From the NCBI RefSeq assembly GCF_018977255.1, contig NW_024704743.1, forward strand, positions 77,502,001-77,566,000: a stretch of 64,000 nucleotides of DNA, written 5' to 3'. Position numbers and translations under genes: made by a program. Of this stretch, positions 62,780 to 64,000 are shown piece by piece (within the stretch, counting starts at the first letter, position 1; each line of letters opens with the position of its first letter). The notes below the pieces were generated by a model, which was given only the letters and a program-made list of their open reading frames with translations, was not told where the DNA came from and made no database searches. This stretch comes from Callorhinchus milii (lineage: Eukaryota).

Positions 62780-63020
62780 AGCCAAGCTCATTCCTGTCCT
62801 CCCTGACAGCCACACCTGCAAACCGTCAAGCAGAGATCACTGGAAAGTTTTTCGAACACTGGCTGGCTTTCCCCTCCCTAATTCATAGATACTTTGTGGC
62901 AGCCCTATCACAACCTTGGATGAGCTATATGGAGTACAGACAGAGAAAGGATCAAACTTGGGATTTTCCCAGTTTGTCTGCATTTAACTTTTCCCGGGTA
63001 AACTCACTTACTGAGCTTTC
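62780..63020 (-). mobile_element. Ancient tRNA-derived SINE remnant, second family
   Basis: gccaagctcattcctgtcctccctgacagccacac...ctggctggctttcccctccct...ggatcaaacttggga; similar to 54660-54895. Confidence 0.45.
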
Positions 63021-64000
63021 AGAAGAGCCGTATAGTGTATGTCTGAGTAGTATTTCCTGAAAGAAAATGGAAAATGTGATTTTAAAAATTCTTTTGAAGA
63101 ATAGAACTCATGCCCTTCAAGGAGTTAGATGTTGCAAAACAAACTGCTTGTCAAATGTTGAACATGGGGTATAGATTAAATCAGCAGGATTTTAACTGGA
63201 TTTGAAGACTGATTTTGCTATGGGATCCACAATGTGTTAAATCCATCAGTGGTCATGTAATTGAATGCTAAACGCACAGTCTTTATGCATTTTCCTGATC
63301 AACATTAGGTATGCTCTGTTAAAAGATCAAGAACAAAGCATTCTGTGTGTTCTCCCGTAAATAGTGCAGAACTAAGCACCATTCAGTTCATTCTTGTGAT
63401 GTGCCTCGTGCTCTTTAATTTGAGCATTTGTTTCTGAACTTCTCACCTATTTGCATTTCACTGAAGAAGTACAAACATTCATCATGGTGTAACCGTGAGC
63501 TACTTGGAACTAAATGACCCAAATCTGGCACCATTCCAATCCACTATAAATGGAGTAATTGCCCTTGACTATAAAATTTGCATTTTCCGACTTTAATTGC
63601 TATCATTATATTTTTGTAACTCTATTAATTTACCCTTATGAGAATTTTTTCCTTTAAAAACTTATAATTTGCATAGCGATGCGCTAGCTTCAGTGCTGAA
63701 CTTCATATATTCCACTTTTGGTGTTGTGTTAAGAATTCTTGAACTATAAATGGAGAGAACTCCATTGGAATCAATTTTCTGCTTCTGAGCCAGAACTTTT
63801 CGGTTTAATTTTCCATGTGCATTGACAGTTTTTAAAAATTATCATTATTAATTTATTATGATGCATATCAAGTCATGATAAAGCATCATTAAATCAGCCG
63901 GTGATAATGGTCGCTGGCTGTGTCGATGGATCATAGCCTTAGTTGTAACACAAGTAACATCTATTGCTGTGATTTCTCTACTTGCTCAACCATGAGCAGC

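Noticed and set aside
1..64000. CRISPR array, operon or other prokaryotic system
   Set aside because: No regularly spaced repeat-spacer array or dense coding; spliceosomal exons and vertebrate retroposons throughout.

Overview
Eukaryotic, AT-rich vertebrate genomic DNA; the repeat content points to a cartilaginous fish, probably a chimaera (inference from recalled repeat families). None of the supplied ORFs is a complete gene. Reading for splice sites gives six plus-strand GT-AG exons (2846-3070, 7554-7806, 11999-12162, 16166-16325, 30087-30293, 42167-42313). They join in frame into about 384 aa with four hydrophobic helices, which I recognise as the C-terminal part of OFCC1/ojoplano (opo); the 5' exons lie upstream of the window. 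The rest is intron or downstream DNA rich in retroposons. These include a young tRNA-Ala-headed SINE (five near-identical ~310-bp copies plus an older long form), older Deu-domain SINEs, L2 and CR1 LINE fragments with several nested insertions, an R4/Dong-like RT scrap and a possible Penelope hammerhead remnant. There are also small DNA-transposon relics, hairpins and short local duplications. The most interesting item is the SINE family: an apparently chimeric element (tRNA head + CORE-like + Deu-like + L2 tail) whose young form lost ~70 bp and carries a 3' stem-loop identical to that of a local L2. I see no evidence of prokaryote-type systems (CRISPR, operons) and no securely novel gene.
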